Origin: Candidatus Omnitrophota bacterium
GTDB taxonomy: Bacteria; Omnitrophota; Gorgyraeia; Zapsychrales; Fredricksoniimonadaceae
Length of the DNA: 64,000 nucleotides
Reading direction: 5' to 3'
NCBI GenBank assembly: GCA_903908245.1
Contig: CAIVRE010000006.1
Span: 85,951-149,950, forward strand
The first letter of the stretch is position 1, and each line of letters begins with the position of its first letter. Shown piece after piece: positions 19,134 to 26,988 of this stretch. A program made the position numbers and the translations under genes. The notes beneath the pieces are model-generated. The model saw only the letters and a program-made list of their open reading frames with translations, made no database searches and had not been told where the DNA came from.

Positions 19134-20330
19134 TTAAATGGCCTTCCTTACTGCAGACGCCCCGCCGAACCACGCCCCCGGGATCTTGACCCCGGCCATA
19201 TCCTTACGCAACATCCTGACAAGCGCAGCGGCCATCCCCGAGGCTGAAAGCTGTTTGAACAAAAGGACTTCGCTGCGGATATGGTCGGACAATAAACGCG
19301 CCCGGGCCGGTTGTTCCCGGAAGTTCAGCGCCCCGCCATAACCTTCAAACGGAATGACCACCGCCCGCTTGGCATGCCTCAGCAAACTTAACGACGTATG
19401 ATACGGAGCCGGACAGATGCAGACATCACTCTCCGCAATAAGCTGGTCATAGCGGTCCGTCCACCTTACCAGACGGCCATTGGGCACTTTCTTCTTTGCC
19501 ATCAGTCCCTGGAACATCCGCCATTCCCCGTCAGTTGTCGACGGGCCGGCAACAAAGATATATTCATAGCCATCGCCTGAAATATCGCTGGCTTTAATGG
19601 CTGCCGCAATGATCTGCGGATAATACGCCCCGCCGCCGCGGACAACCGCCACCCGGACAACTCCCTTGCGGACAAATCCCGCCTTGCCTTCGCCCGGCTT
19701 GATCGCCGGAGCCTCAGGCACAAGATAGCCTGTAAAAACAACCTTGCGCTCGTTCTTCTTAAAGAATTCACGATACGCGCGCCGGCCAATTCCGGCAGGA
19801 TAAAGGCCGGACATATAATCCATTTCGATCCGCGGGCACAAAATAAAGATACGCTGATAAAGGCTCAGGATGAAGTCCAGCGAACGCCCTCGTCGGGCGG
19901 TCAACAGCGGGTATCCGGCAATGGAGAAGAGCGGGACTTTCTGCGAAGATAATGCCATTAAGGAAGGCAACAACTCGTCACGGCACTCGCCGCGGCCCAA
20001 CGGAAAAAATTCTGTAACAAAGACACCCGGCTTTGCCTGTTGAACAATATCCAGGCATTCCTTCGCCCGGATGGCAGAAGAAAAAGGATCTGCGGCCGCC
20101 GGATACCTGAAATTCGCCCGGCTGTTAAATGGCCGGCTCAAGGAATGCACCACCCCCGACCGGTCAAGGCTGGCCGCCGGCTGGTCACAGCCGCCCTGAA
20201 TAAAAAAGAAGTTCCTTTGAGGGAACTTCTCTTGATATATCCCGGCGAACGCCGCTACACGCGACGTATGCCCAAAACATTCGTAATGAGTATAATAAAC
20301 CCCGATCGTCTTGCGCAAGGGTGATCCATT
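19134..20330 (-). CDS. GT-B fold glycosyltransferase (GT1/MGT/GT28-like). The start is uncertain; the track ORF reaches 20432, but that extension overlaps the peptide gene in another frame, so a TTG start near 20330 is proposed.
   Basis: The N-terminus has KTIGVYYTHYECFGHTSRV, resembling the GT-B N-terminal glycine/His motif. The C-terminus has ESDVCICPAPYHTSLSLLRHAKRAVVIPF, typical of the GT-B donor-binding domain. Confidence 0.5.
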   Translation of the reverse strand, partial: NGSPLRKTIGVYYTHYECFGHTSRVAAFAGIYQEKFPQRNFFFIQGGCDQPAASLDRSGVVHSLSRPFNSRANFRYPAAADPFSSAIRAKECLDIVQQAKPGVFVTEFFPLGRGECRDELLPSLMALSSQKVPLFSIAGYPLLTARRGRSLDFILSLYQRIFILCPRIEMDYMSGLYPAGIGRRAYREFFKKNERKVVFTGYLVPEAPAIKPGEGKAGFVRKGVVRVAVVRGGGAYYPQIIAAAIKASDISGDGYEYIFVAGPSTTDGEWRMFQGLMAKKKVPNGRLVRWTDRYDQLIAESDVCICPAPYHTSLSLLRHAKRAVVIPFEGYGGALNFREQPARARLLSDHIRSEVLLFKQLSASGMAAALVRMLRKDMAGVKIPGAWFGGASAVRKAI

Positions 20331-20340
20331 GGTCAACACT

Positions 20341-20595
20341 TCAATAAGAAGTATGTGACGCCGTATTCGTATGATCAAAACAACCCGCGGTCGTCTGAAG
20401 GCTGTTCGCGTGGTTCGTATGGTCTCCCGCACTCGCGTTAAAAGCCGCGCCCAGCGCCGCCATTCCGGCTACCGTGGACAATCCCACCTTAAGGATCGTC
20501 TCCTTGCTGACAAACCCGTCCTCATCCATCACAAACCCCTTAAGGCTTTTAACAACATCATCCTTCTTAAGAAGTCTTTTTTTCTTGAGCGCCAT
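20341..20595 (-). CDS. Candidate RiPP precursor peptide of 84 aa with a C-terminal His-Xaa-(Ser/Thr/Asn)-rich core.
   Basis: The sequence is MALKKKRLLKKDDVVKSLKGFVMDEDGFVSKETILKVGLSTVAGMAALGAAFNASAGDHTNHANSLQTTAGCFDHTNTASHTSY. A strong Shine-Dalgarno, GGAAGGAAAG, lies 4 nt upstream of the ATG. It overlaps the 3' end of the SPASM rSAM gene by 29 nt, on the same strand. Residue use is atypical for an enzyme: K-rich N-terminus, hydrophobic middle, H/T/N/S-rich tail. Confidence 0.5.
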   Translation of the reverse strand: MALKKKRLLKKDDVVKSLKGFVMDEDGFVSKETILKVGLSTVAGMAALGAAFNASAGDHTNHANSLQTTAGCFDHTNTASHTSY

Positions 20596-21988
20596 AACGC
20601 TTTCCTTCCGTCCAGCGGTTGAAGATATCGGCTTGGTCCCCGCCTTCGATCAGGCGGCTGAAAATATGCTCGTACTGAAACGCCTGTATCTTCTGCATTG
20701 ACGAACAGGCGGTTTTTGGAACGATGTTCTTCTGCTCGGCATAATTGACCACCGGGCAATACCCCATCCACGGGCTGAACACGGAACTGTAATGCCAAAG
20801 ATTCACGCAGGAAGCCTGCAACAGATTGAGCAGGTTTTCCTTATTAAGTATAGCATCAAATTCCTCATTCACAATATTCCCCAGCTTGAACATTTCCTCC
20901 CCCAGCATCCGCGCCTCGTCACACGGATAGGCACTGCCGTCCGGCATATACACCATCGTGGAACGGCCGGCCCCGCATGGGCTCATCATATCCACATAAC
21001 CCGGGTCTCTTTTGGCCAGGACCTTGGTAAGGATGACCCGCGCAACACGTTCGCTCAAGTGCCGCCCCTGACGGTTGATCTTGATGATATGCTCAAATCC
21101 GCGTTGATAGAAATCACAAAATTCTTCCGGTGTGACCCCGATATCCCGCCAGGAACAACGCGCCGATCCCATGCAATTCGCAGGCCGAAGCGATATCTCT
21201 TCCTGCCCCAGGCTCACATACTCATCAATGATCCGTTCAGGATGCGCCAGGGAATGTTTGGTGATCGTGGGCAACAGCGTGACTTTCCGGCCAAATTTAT
21301 CCTTGAACCGCCTGATCCTGGCAACCACCTCGCTGTAAGTCCCGCGGCCCTCTATGTCCACCCGATTACGGTCATGAATGTCTTTCGGGCCATCCAGCGA
21401 AGAACAGACATCCACATCGTGTTTGGCCAGGAATGCCATTTTTTTGTCATCCAGGAGCATCAAATTGGTCACCAGCACCAGCTGAAGTTTCTTGCCCAGT
21501 GTGTTGAACTTGCGGGCATTCACGACCAGAAGCTCCAGCACCGGCCAATTGAGCACCGGCTCACCGCCCTGGAATTCCAGGACGACCGATGGATTGGCGA
21601 CATCAAAAAGATATTTCAGCACGCGCCCGGCCACCTCGATCGTCATATCCTGCGATAAAGTGCCTCCTTCTGCCTGGCAATAGGAACACCGCAGATTACA
21701 GCGTTTTGTCAGCACGGCAATATGCAATGAGGTGTCTGTAAAGAGATTGGCGTTCAGGGACCGGAACCCGGTAATGACATCCGCGATGTTCGACTGATCC
21801 ACGACGATCCCGCGCGTGCGCAGGCGTTGGGCAAGGGCATCGGAAGACTTAAGGCGCAAGGCATTCAGCTGCCGGAATTCGGCAGGGGTCAGCGCATCCC
21901 AGCACCCCATCATATTGCTGACAAGGTATTTCCCGTTGATCTTCGCGGAATTGAACGGCAGGATAACAATATCATTTTCGTTCTTCAT
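20567..21988 (-). CDS. Radical SAM/SPASM enzyme (anSME-like) with a ~100-aa N-terminal extension, possibly a peptide-recognition (RRE-like) domain. It is the candidate maturase for the adjacent peptide.
   Basis: LTKRCNLRCSYCQAEGG is present. The C-terminus has multiple Cys (C..C...CSSMQ), consistent with SPASM. It is 473 aa. Confidence 0.85.
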   Translation of the reverse strand: MKNENDIVILPFNSAKINGKYLVSNMMGCWDALTPAEFRQLNALRLKSSDALAQRLRTRGIVVDQSNIADVITGFRSLNANLFTDTSLHIAVLTKRCNLRCSYCQAEGGTLSQDMTIEVAGRVLKYLFDVANPSVVLEFQGGEPVLNWPVLELLVVNARKFNTLGKKLQLVLVTNLMLLDDKKMAFLAKHDVDVCSSLDGPKDIHDRNRVDIEGRGTYSEVVARIRRFKDKFGRKVTLLPTITKHSLAHPERIIDEYVSLGQEEISLRPANCMGSARCSWRDIGVTPEEFCDFYQRGFEHIIKINRQGRHLSERVARVILTKVLAKRDPGYVDMMSPCGAGRSTMVYMPDGSAYPCDEARMLGEEMFKLGNIVNEEFDAILNKENLLNLLQASCVNLWHYSSVFSPWMGYCPVVNYAEQKNIVPKTACSSMQKIQAFQYEHIFSRLIEGGDQADIFNRWTEGKRYGAQEKKTS

Positions 21989-21997
21989 AATGGCCGA

Positions 21998-22732
21998 TCA
22001 AGGATTGTCCGGTAATGGTGTGGTGAACGGCCCCTTGCAAAAGGCTTTAATATCGGCATCCTCGATCCCGTCGCAATAATCCTTATCTTCTGCATGACGG
22101 GCAAACCTGAAATAGGCAAGATCCGATTCCAGCTGCTTCGCATCCGCCCCTTCGAACAGCATCTTGCAATCAACGACATTCTGATAATTCACCGCTGTCC
22201 AGGAAAGAGGATTATCGCCCACCATCTCGCGCACAAATTGCTGGCACTGCCGCGGGCCTTTCACATACCCCCGCGCAAAAGAGATCAAACGGATATCCCA
22301 ATCCCGCTCTGATTTAGGATAAAAAACCTGCACTTTCGCGTGCAAACGGTCAAGAAGATCCCGGCTCGGCTGCTGCAATAACGAACAAAAAATGGATTCC
22401 AGTTCATTAAGGTCCTTGGACGGCTTGCAATTTTCGGCAGCAAGGGCCTTTTTTATCCGAAGGTACTGATTTTCCTGCGAAGGAAAACCCGCGGGACAAT
22501 TCTTTTGAGAAAAACAGGACAGGTCCTCGATCTCTTTCGAGTCGACTATGTCAAACTTGTACCCCAGGCGGATCGCCTTGTGCTCCCACTCAATCCGCTC
22601 CTCCAAAGTAGGCACGGCCGGCGCTTCAGTCCTCTCGACATCTTTGGCCAACAAAGAAGGCGTAAACCCCGTTGCGCAAAATAAAACAAGGACACCGGTA
22701 AGAATAACGGAAACTTTCCCCCAAGAGATCAT
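21998..22732 (-). CDS. Hypothetical exported Cys-containing protein (signal peptide, 8 Cys).
   Basis: The N-terminus is MISWGKVSVILTGVLVLFCATGF, then a hydrophilic domain. There is a 4-nt overlap with the upstream ORF. Confidence 0.45.
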   Translation of the reverse strand: MISWGKVSVILTGVLVLFCATGFTPSLLAKDVERTEAPAVPTLEERIEWEHKAIRLGYKFDIVDSKEIEDLSCFSQKNCPAGFPSQENQYLRIKKALAAENCKPSKDLNELESIFCSLLQQPSRDLLDRLHAKVQVFYPKSERDWDIRLISFARGYVKGPRQCQQFVREMVGDNPLSWTAVNYQNVVDCKMLFEGADAKQLESDLAYFRFARHAEDKDYCDGIEDADIKAFCKGPFTTPLPDNP

Positions 22733-23172
22733 TTCTTCCCCTTCTTGCCGGTCTTGCCGGTCTTGCTGGTCTTGCTGGTCTTGACTTCCTCAGCCTCAAG
22801 TTCTTTAATAAGATCTTCGATCTCCTTGTCTTCCGCCTCTTTCACCATCGTCGGAGATGCGGAAAAGAGAGCGCGCTGCAACAGCAGCTTGAGCCCTTCG
22901 GCATTGGCCTTGAGGCTGGAAAAATAATGGGCATAATTCAGCAGTTCCTGCGAAAAGTCCAGCGCCAGTTGATCAAAGTCTTTCTCTTTCCCTTTAGGCG
23001 AAAGCCACACATCCACCGTTCCTTTTTTTCCTTCATCCAGGCGCACATACGCGCGGTCCATGAAAACATACCCCGCGGAATGAATGGACTGTAACGGATA
23101 AACATTGGTATTCACCGGCAATTTGACCCAACCATCGGCCTTCTGGAAAACTTTCGCCATATACATCTCCAA
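22729..23172 (-). CDS. Hypothetical 147-aa protein with a C-terminal K/T/S/G low-complexity tail.
   Basis: The tail ends ...EAEEVKTSKTSKTGKTGKKGKK and is encoded by 9-nt direct repeats at 22745-22800. Internally it has ELLNYAHYF, a weak resemblance to the LLNDYxLRE signature I recall for HxsD; this is unverified. Confidence 0.45.
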   Translation of the reverse strand: MEMYMAKVFQKADGWVKLPVNTNVYPLQSIHSAGYVFMDRAYVRLDEGKKGTVDVWLSPKGKEKDFDQLALDFSQELLNYAHYFSSLKANAEGLKLLLQRALFSASPTMVKEAEDKEIEDLIKELEAEEVKTSKTSKTGKTGKKGKK

Positions 23173-23226
23173 GAAATATTACAGATTAAGAAGAAAATCT
23201 TTAAAAATTATAACAAATTCCCAACA

Positions 23227-23601
23227 TCATTCAAGCAGTCGTTCCACCTTAAGCGCGAGGAATTCATTGCGAAAAGGCTTGGCAAGATAATCATTGGCGC
23301 CTGCCTTCATGAACCGTTCAACATAGTCCATATCCAGCGCGCCCGACACCACGATGATCTTCACATGGTTCGCGGCAGGATCCATTCTAAGCCGCTGACA
23401 TACCTCAAAACCGTCCATCCCGGGCATCCGCAGGTCCAGCAGGATCAGGTCGGGCCGGAACTCCGCGAACTTTGCCTCGGCGGCAAGGCCATCATAGGCG
23501 ACATCCACCATATACTTCTTCTGATTGACCAGCACCCGGCGCAGGGCATTAGACATTTCATGGTCGTCATCAACGATCAATATTTTCTTCGGATCCGCCA
23601 C
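23227..23601 (-). CDS. Single-domain response regulator (CheY-like receiver).
   Basis: KILIVDDD, the phospho-acceptor motif DLILLDLRMPGMDG, and the K in YLAKPF are present. Confidence 0.8.
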   Translation of the reverse strand: MADPKKILIVDDDHEMSNALRRVLVNQKKYMVDVAYDGLAAEAKFAEFRPDLILLDLRMPGMDGFEVCQRLRMDPAANHVKIIVVSGALDMDYVERFMKAGANDYLAKPFRNEFLALKVERLLE

Positions 23602-23605
23602 CGGG

Positions 23606-23974
23606 CTATCCTTCCAGTAAAGATATGACTTTTAAATGATAGAACCGCAGATATTTTTCTTTTTCCCGTTCAGGCAAAGCTTCGAACTTCCCGCCGGCAC
23701 GATAGCCCTTGTATTGCTCGAAATACCCCGCCCAAACAACCTTTAAACACACCTCCAACCGCCCGATCTCGGGCAACTCCATCACCAAGCGGACGACCTG
23801 GTCCGGCTGAAGCCCTTCCGGCGACAAAAAACACATGCCATCAGGGGTAATATTGACCACTTGACTGGCAAAGATCTTGCCCGATCCCGCAAGAACCTCG
23901 CCCTGCGCGGCAATATCAACCCCGACTCTGCGCCATTCACGCGATTCATTCATAATATTATTATCAAGCCTCAT
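23606..23974 (-). CDS. PilZ-domain (c-di-GMP binding) protein.
   Basis: The RxxxR motif (REWRR) and D/NxSxxG-like NITPDGMCF are present. Confidence 0.45.
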   Translation of the reverse strand: MRLDNNIMNESREWRRVGVDIAAQGEVLAGSGKIFASQVVNITPDGMCFLSPEGLQPDQVVRLVMELPEIGRLEVCLKVVWAGYFEQYKGYRAGGKFEALPEREKEKYLRFYHLKVISLLEG

Positions 23975-24017
23975 TATCTTAATTTACCATATTTTCGACT
24001 TTCTTGCGAATAATTAA

Positions 24018-24081
24018 GGGGACACTTTACTTAATTCCCTTTTTAACCATCCGCGTTACGGGAATTAAGTAAAGTGTCCCC
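24018..24081. repeat. 21-bp perfect inverted repeat with a 22-nt spacer, 4 nt past the hcp stop codon. It is copy 1 of a palindromic element shared with 36859-36903.
   Basis: ggggacactttacttaattcc (24018-24038) pairs with ggaattaagtaaagtgtcccc (24061-24081). Confidence 0.7.
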
Positions 24082-24085
24082 CTAA

Positions 24086-25744
24086 TTACACGCCCGACAT
24101 GATCGCGGGAACATCGACCTCGGCTGTGGCCGTCGGCCTAATATTGAACTTCTCCACCAGCACCTTGGCCACATTGGGCGACAGGAACGCCGGAAGGGTC
24201 GGGCCCAGGCGGATATTCTTGACCCCCAGGAAAAGCAATGCCAGCAACACAGCCACCGCCTTCTGCTCATACCACGCGATATCGTAGGAGATCGGCAACT
24301 TGTTGATATCATCAAGCCCGAACGCCTCTTTAAGTTTAAGCGCGATGACCGCCAGTGAATACGAATCATTGCACTGACCAGCATCAAGCACGCGCGGGAT
24401 CCCGCCGATATCGCCCAGCTTCAGTTTGTTATAACGGTATTTGGCGCACCCCGCGGTCAGGATGACCGCGTCCTTCGGAAGGGCGGCGGCCACATCCGTA
24501 AAATACTGACGGTCCTTGTTTCGCCCGTCGCAACCGGCCATCACCACAAAACGTTTAATCGCTCCGCTCTTGACCGCGGCCACCACTTTATCGGCCAGTG
24601 CCATCACCTGGTTATGGCCGAAGCCGCCCACCAGTTCACCTGTTTCGATCTCTTTCGGAGCCGGACAGGACTTTGCGCACTTGATGATCGCAGCAAAATC
24701 CTTTCTTCCGCCTTCAGGCCGTTCCCCGATATGCACGGCCCCCGGATATCCGGCCGCACCCGTCGTAAACATCCTGCTCAAATAAGACCCTTTAACAGGA
24801 ATGATACAATTGGTCGTCATCAGGATCGGCCCGCTGAAATTCTCGAAATCCGAACCCTGATGCCACCAGGAACTGCCATAATTCCCGACGAAATTATCAT
24901 ACGCCTTGAACTTCGGATAATAATGGCCGGGAAGCATTTCACTGTGCGTGTACACATCAACGCCCGTCCCCCTGGTTTCTTCCAGAAGGTCTTCCAGGTC
25001 GCGCAGATCATGGCCGGAAATAAGAATGCCCGGATTCTTGCGCACGCCAAGGTTCACTTTGGTTATCTCCGGATTGCCGAACCTTTCGGTATTGGCCTTA
25101 TCCAGAAGAGCAAGCGTTGTCACCGCATTCCCTCCTGTCTTCATGACCATCGCGACCAGGTCATCGACGCTCAGGTCCTTCACCGTAGCGACCAAGGCAT
25201 CAACGATCTGCCCATAGATCGCCGGATCCTCATGCCCCAGGTCCGCCGCGTGATCGGCATACGCCGCCACCCCTTTAAGCCCGTACATAATAAGCTCGCG
25301 CAATGAACGGATATCCTCATTGCCCGTTGTCAACACACCCACACTGCCCGCCTTGGCACGGATCGCCTCGTCCGTATCGGCCGTCCAGGTCGCACATTCA
25401 GGCGCCGAAGCCTGGCATCCGCAACTCTGCGACGCGCCTAACACCTTGTGTTTCCAGATATCGCGAACTTTAAGGGCTTCCCTGATCCGTGCAATGATCA
25501 CCGACTCATCAAAATTGGCATTGGTGATCGTCATAAATATGGCGGAGGTCATAAACCTCCCTGTCTTAAAATCCAATGCAATGTCCTTTTGCCTGGCCTT
25601 ATCGGCCCACACCGCGATCCCCTTGACCGTAAAGATCAACAGGTCCTGAAGATTGGCGAGCTCATCACTCTTGCCGCAAACACCCTTGACCTTGCAGCCG
25701 GTATTCCCGGCTGTTTCCTGGCACTGATAACAGAACATGCTCAT
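24086..25744 (-). CDS. hcp: Hybrid cluster protein (hydroxylamine reductase / prismane protein).
   Basis: The N-terminus [25 protein letters not shown] is the Hcp N-terminal Cys motif. It is 552 aa. Confidence 0.9.
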   Translation of the reverse strand: MSMFCYQCQETAGNTGCKVKGVCGKSDELANLQDLLIFTVKGIAVWADKARQKDIALDFKTGRFMTSAIFMTITNANFDESVIIARIREALKVRDIWKHKVLGASQSCGCQASAPECATWTADTDEAIRAKAGSVGVLTTGNEDIRSLRELIMYGLKGVAAYADHAADLGHEDPAIYGQIVDALVATVKDLSVDDLVAMVMKTGGNAVTTLALLDKANTERFGNPEITKVNLGVRKNPGILISGHDLRDLEDLLEETRGTGVDVYTHSEMLPGHYYPKFKAYDNFVGNYGSSWWHQGSDFENFSGPILMTTNCIIPVKGSYLSRMFTTGAAGYPGAVHIGERPEGGRKDFAAIIKCAKSCPAPKEIETGELVGGFGHNQVMALADKVVAAVKSGAIKRFVVMAGCDGRNKDRQYFTDVAAALPKDAVILTAGCAKYRYNKLKLGDIGGIPRVLDAGQCNDSYSLAVIALKLKEAFGLDDINKLPISYDIAWYEQKAVAVLLALLFLGVKNIRLGPTLPAFLSPNVAKVLVEKFNIRPTATAEVDVPAIMSGV

Positions 25745-25758
25745 AATTTCCCCCTTTT

Positions 25759-26484
25759 TTAAATGATCTCGCCCCGAAGCGAGATCGTATATTCTTTCAA
25801 CACAATGCCCCTGCCTGAACGGCGCACCGCATCCTCAACGAGGCTGACCGTCCCCCCGCAACAGGGCACTTCCATCCGCACCATGGTGACCGAACGGATA
25901 TTATTCACCTGGAATATCCCGGTGAGCTTTGCAACATACCCCTCCAGGTCTTCATCGAGCTTGGGACAGAACACGACCAGGACTTTCCCCTTAAGGAACT
26001 TGCGATGAAAATCAGCATAAGTGAACGGCACACAATCCGCGCTGACCACAAGGTCCGCGTCCTTAAAAAATGGCGCATGGGGATCAAGCAAACGCAACTG
26101 CACCGGCCATTGCATCAGTTCCGAAAGCAGCGGCCCCGAGCCGGCCTCCGGCTTCACGCAAGAGCCTGCCGGAGATCGTCCCCGAAAATCCTGCGTCATG
26201 CTCCCCGGGCAACCGCATGCCATGGGCTTACGGGCTTCTGTTTCTTTATGCATCTTCACTTTCTCCTCGCTGAATTTATCGGCCTCCCGCTCCTCGATCG
26301 CGATCGCCCCCCGGGGGCACTCCCCAAGACAGGCCCCAAGGCCGTCGCACAATGCATCCGCCGCCAGCCGCGCCTTGCCGTTGACGATCCTGATCGCCCC
26401 TTCATGACAGGAAGGGACGCACACCCCGCAACCATTGCATTTGTCTTCATCGATCCTGACAATACTTCGTTTCATAAACCCCAC
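25759..26484 (-). CDS. 4Fe-4S dicluster ferredoxin-domain protein, co-transcribed with hcp.
   Basis: Two CxxCxxCxxxCP motifs are present: [11 protein letters not shown] and [12 protein letters not shown]. Confidence 0.65.
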   Translation of the reverse strand: MGFMKRSIVRIDEDKCNGCGVCVPSCHEGAIRIVNGKARLAADALCDGLGACLGECPRGAIAIEEREADKFSEEKVKMHKETEARKPMACGCPGSMTQDFRGRSPAGSCVKPEAGSGPLLSELMQWPVQLRLLDPHAPFFKDADLVVSADCVPFTYADFHRKFLKGKVLVVFCPKLDEDLEGYVAKLTGIFQVNNIRSVTMVRMEVPCCGGTVSLVEDAVRRSGRGIVLKEYTISLRGEII

Positions 26485-26529
26485 CTGCGATTAATGACAC
26501 CATGGCAGTATCATATTTTAATAAAAAAA

Positions 26530-26931
26530 TCATCTCTTCATCAACGACGCGATCGTGACTCCACGCAAATGCGCCAGCGCCATGGCCTCGATCTGCTTGA
26601 TCTCGCGGCGCAAAGGACATGTCTTCACGCATTCACACAACTTCTTCCTGAAAAGACAGTCCCCCATTGAGACCGGCCCCTGAAAAAGTGCTATCAGATC
26701 GGCCAAACGGATCTTTTCAACCGGTAAAACCAGCGTAAAACCGCCGTTCTTCCCCTTGGCCGATGCCAGATATCCGGACTTCTGAAGCGCCTGAAGGGTC
26801 TTGCGCATGAACGGCCTGGGAAGTTCAAGGTCGCGCTCAAGATCTCGCGCCGACACTCTTTCCGGCGCCTTCCCGGCCATGTGGATCAGAGCGCGCACCG
26901 CATAATCTGTATTTCGGGTCAACAGGTTCAT
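26530..26931 (-). CDS. Rrf2-family transcriptional regulator (NsrR/IscR-like).
   Basis: MNLLTRNTDYAVRALIHMA is an Rrf2 N-terminal winged HTH. Cys residues are present for a possible Fe-S cluster. It is located upstream of the ferredoxin-hcp pair. Confidence 0.8.
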   Translation of the reverse strand: MNLLTRNTDYAVRALIHMAGKAPERVSARDLERDLELPRPFMRKTLQALQKSGYLASAKGKNGGFTLVLPVEKIRLADLIALFQGPVSMGDCLFRKKLCECVKTCPLRREIKQIEAMALAHLRGVTIASLMKR

Positions 26932-26988
26932 CCGGTTTAAATGATACCATTAAGGTGTCATTTGTCAAGAAAAAAAATCGCCATAGCC

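Noticed and set aside
20331-20432. N-terminal 34 codons of the longest glycosyltransferase ORF.
   Set aside because: This extension (MRETIRTTRTAFRRPRVVLIIRIRR...) is Arg-rich with no GT motifs. It overlaps the SD-supported peptide ORF in another frame, so an internal start was preferred.
22745-22800. Tandem 9-nt DNA repeats (cttgccggt / cttgctggt), considered as a possible non-coding tandem repeat or CRISPR-like array.
   Set aside because: They are in-frame coding sequence for the KTSKTSKTGKTG tail of ORF 22729-23172. There are no spacers, so it is not a CRISPR array.
24614-25306. 230-aa plus-strand ORF (and others at 24516-25217).
   Set aside because: It lies completely inside, and antisense to, hcp, whose protein is unambiguous.
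26005-26670. 221-aa and 128-aa plus-strand ORFs.
   Set aside because: They are antisense to the ferredoxin-domain gene and the Rrf2 gene, and have an Arg-rich composition typical of GC-rich shadow ORFs.
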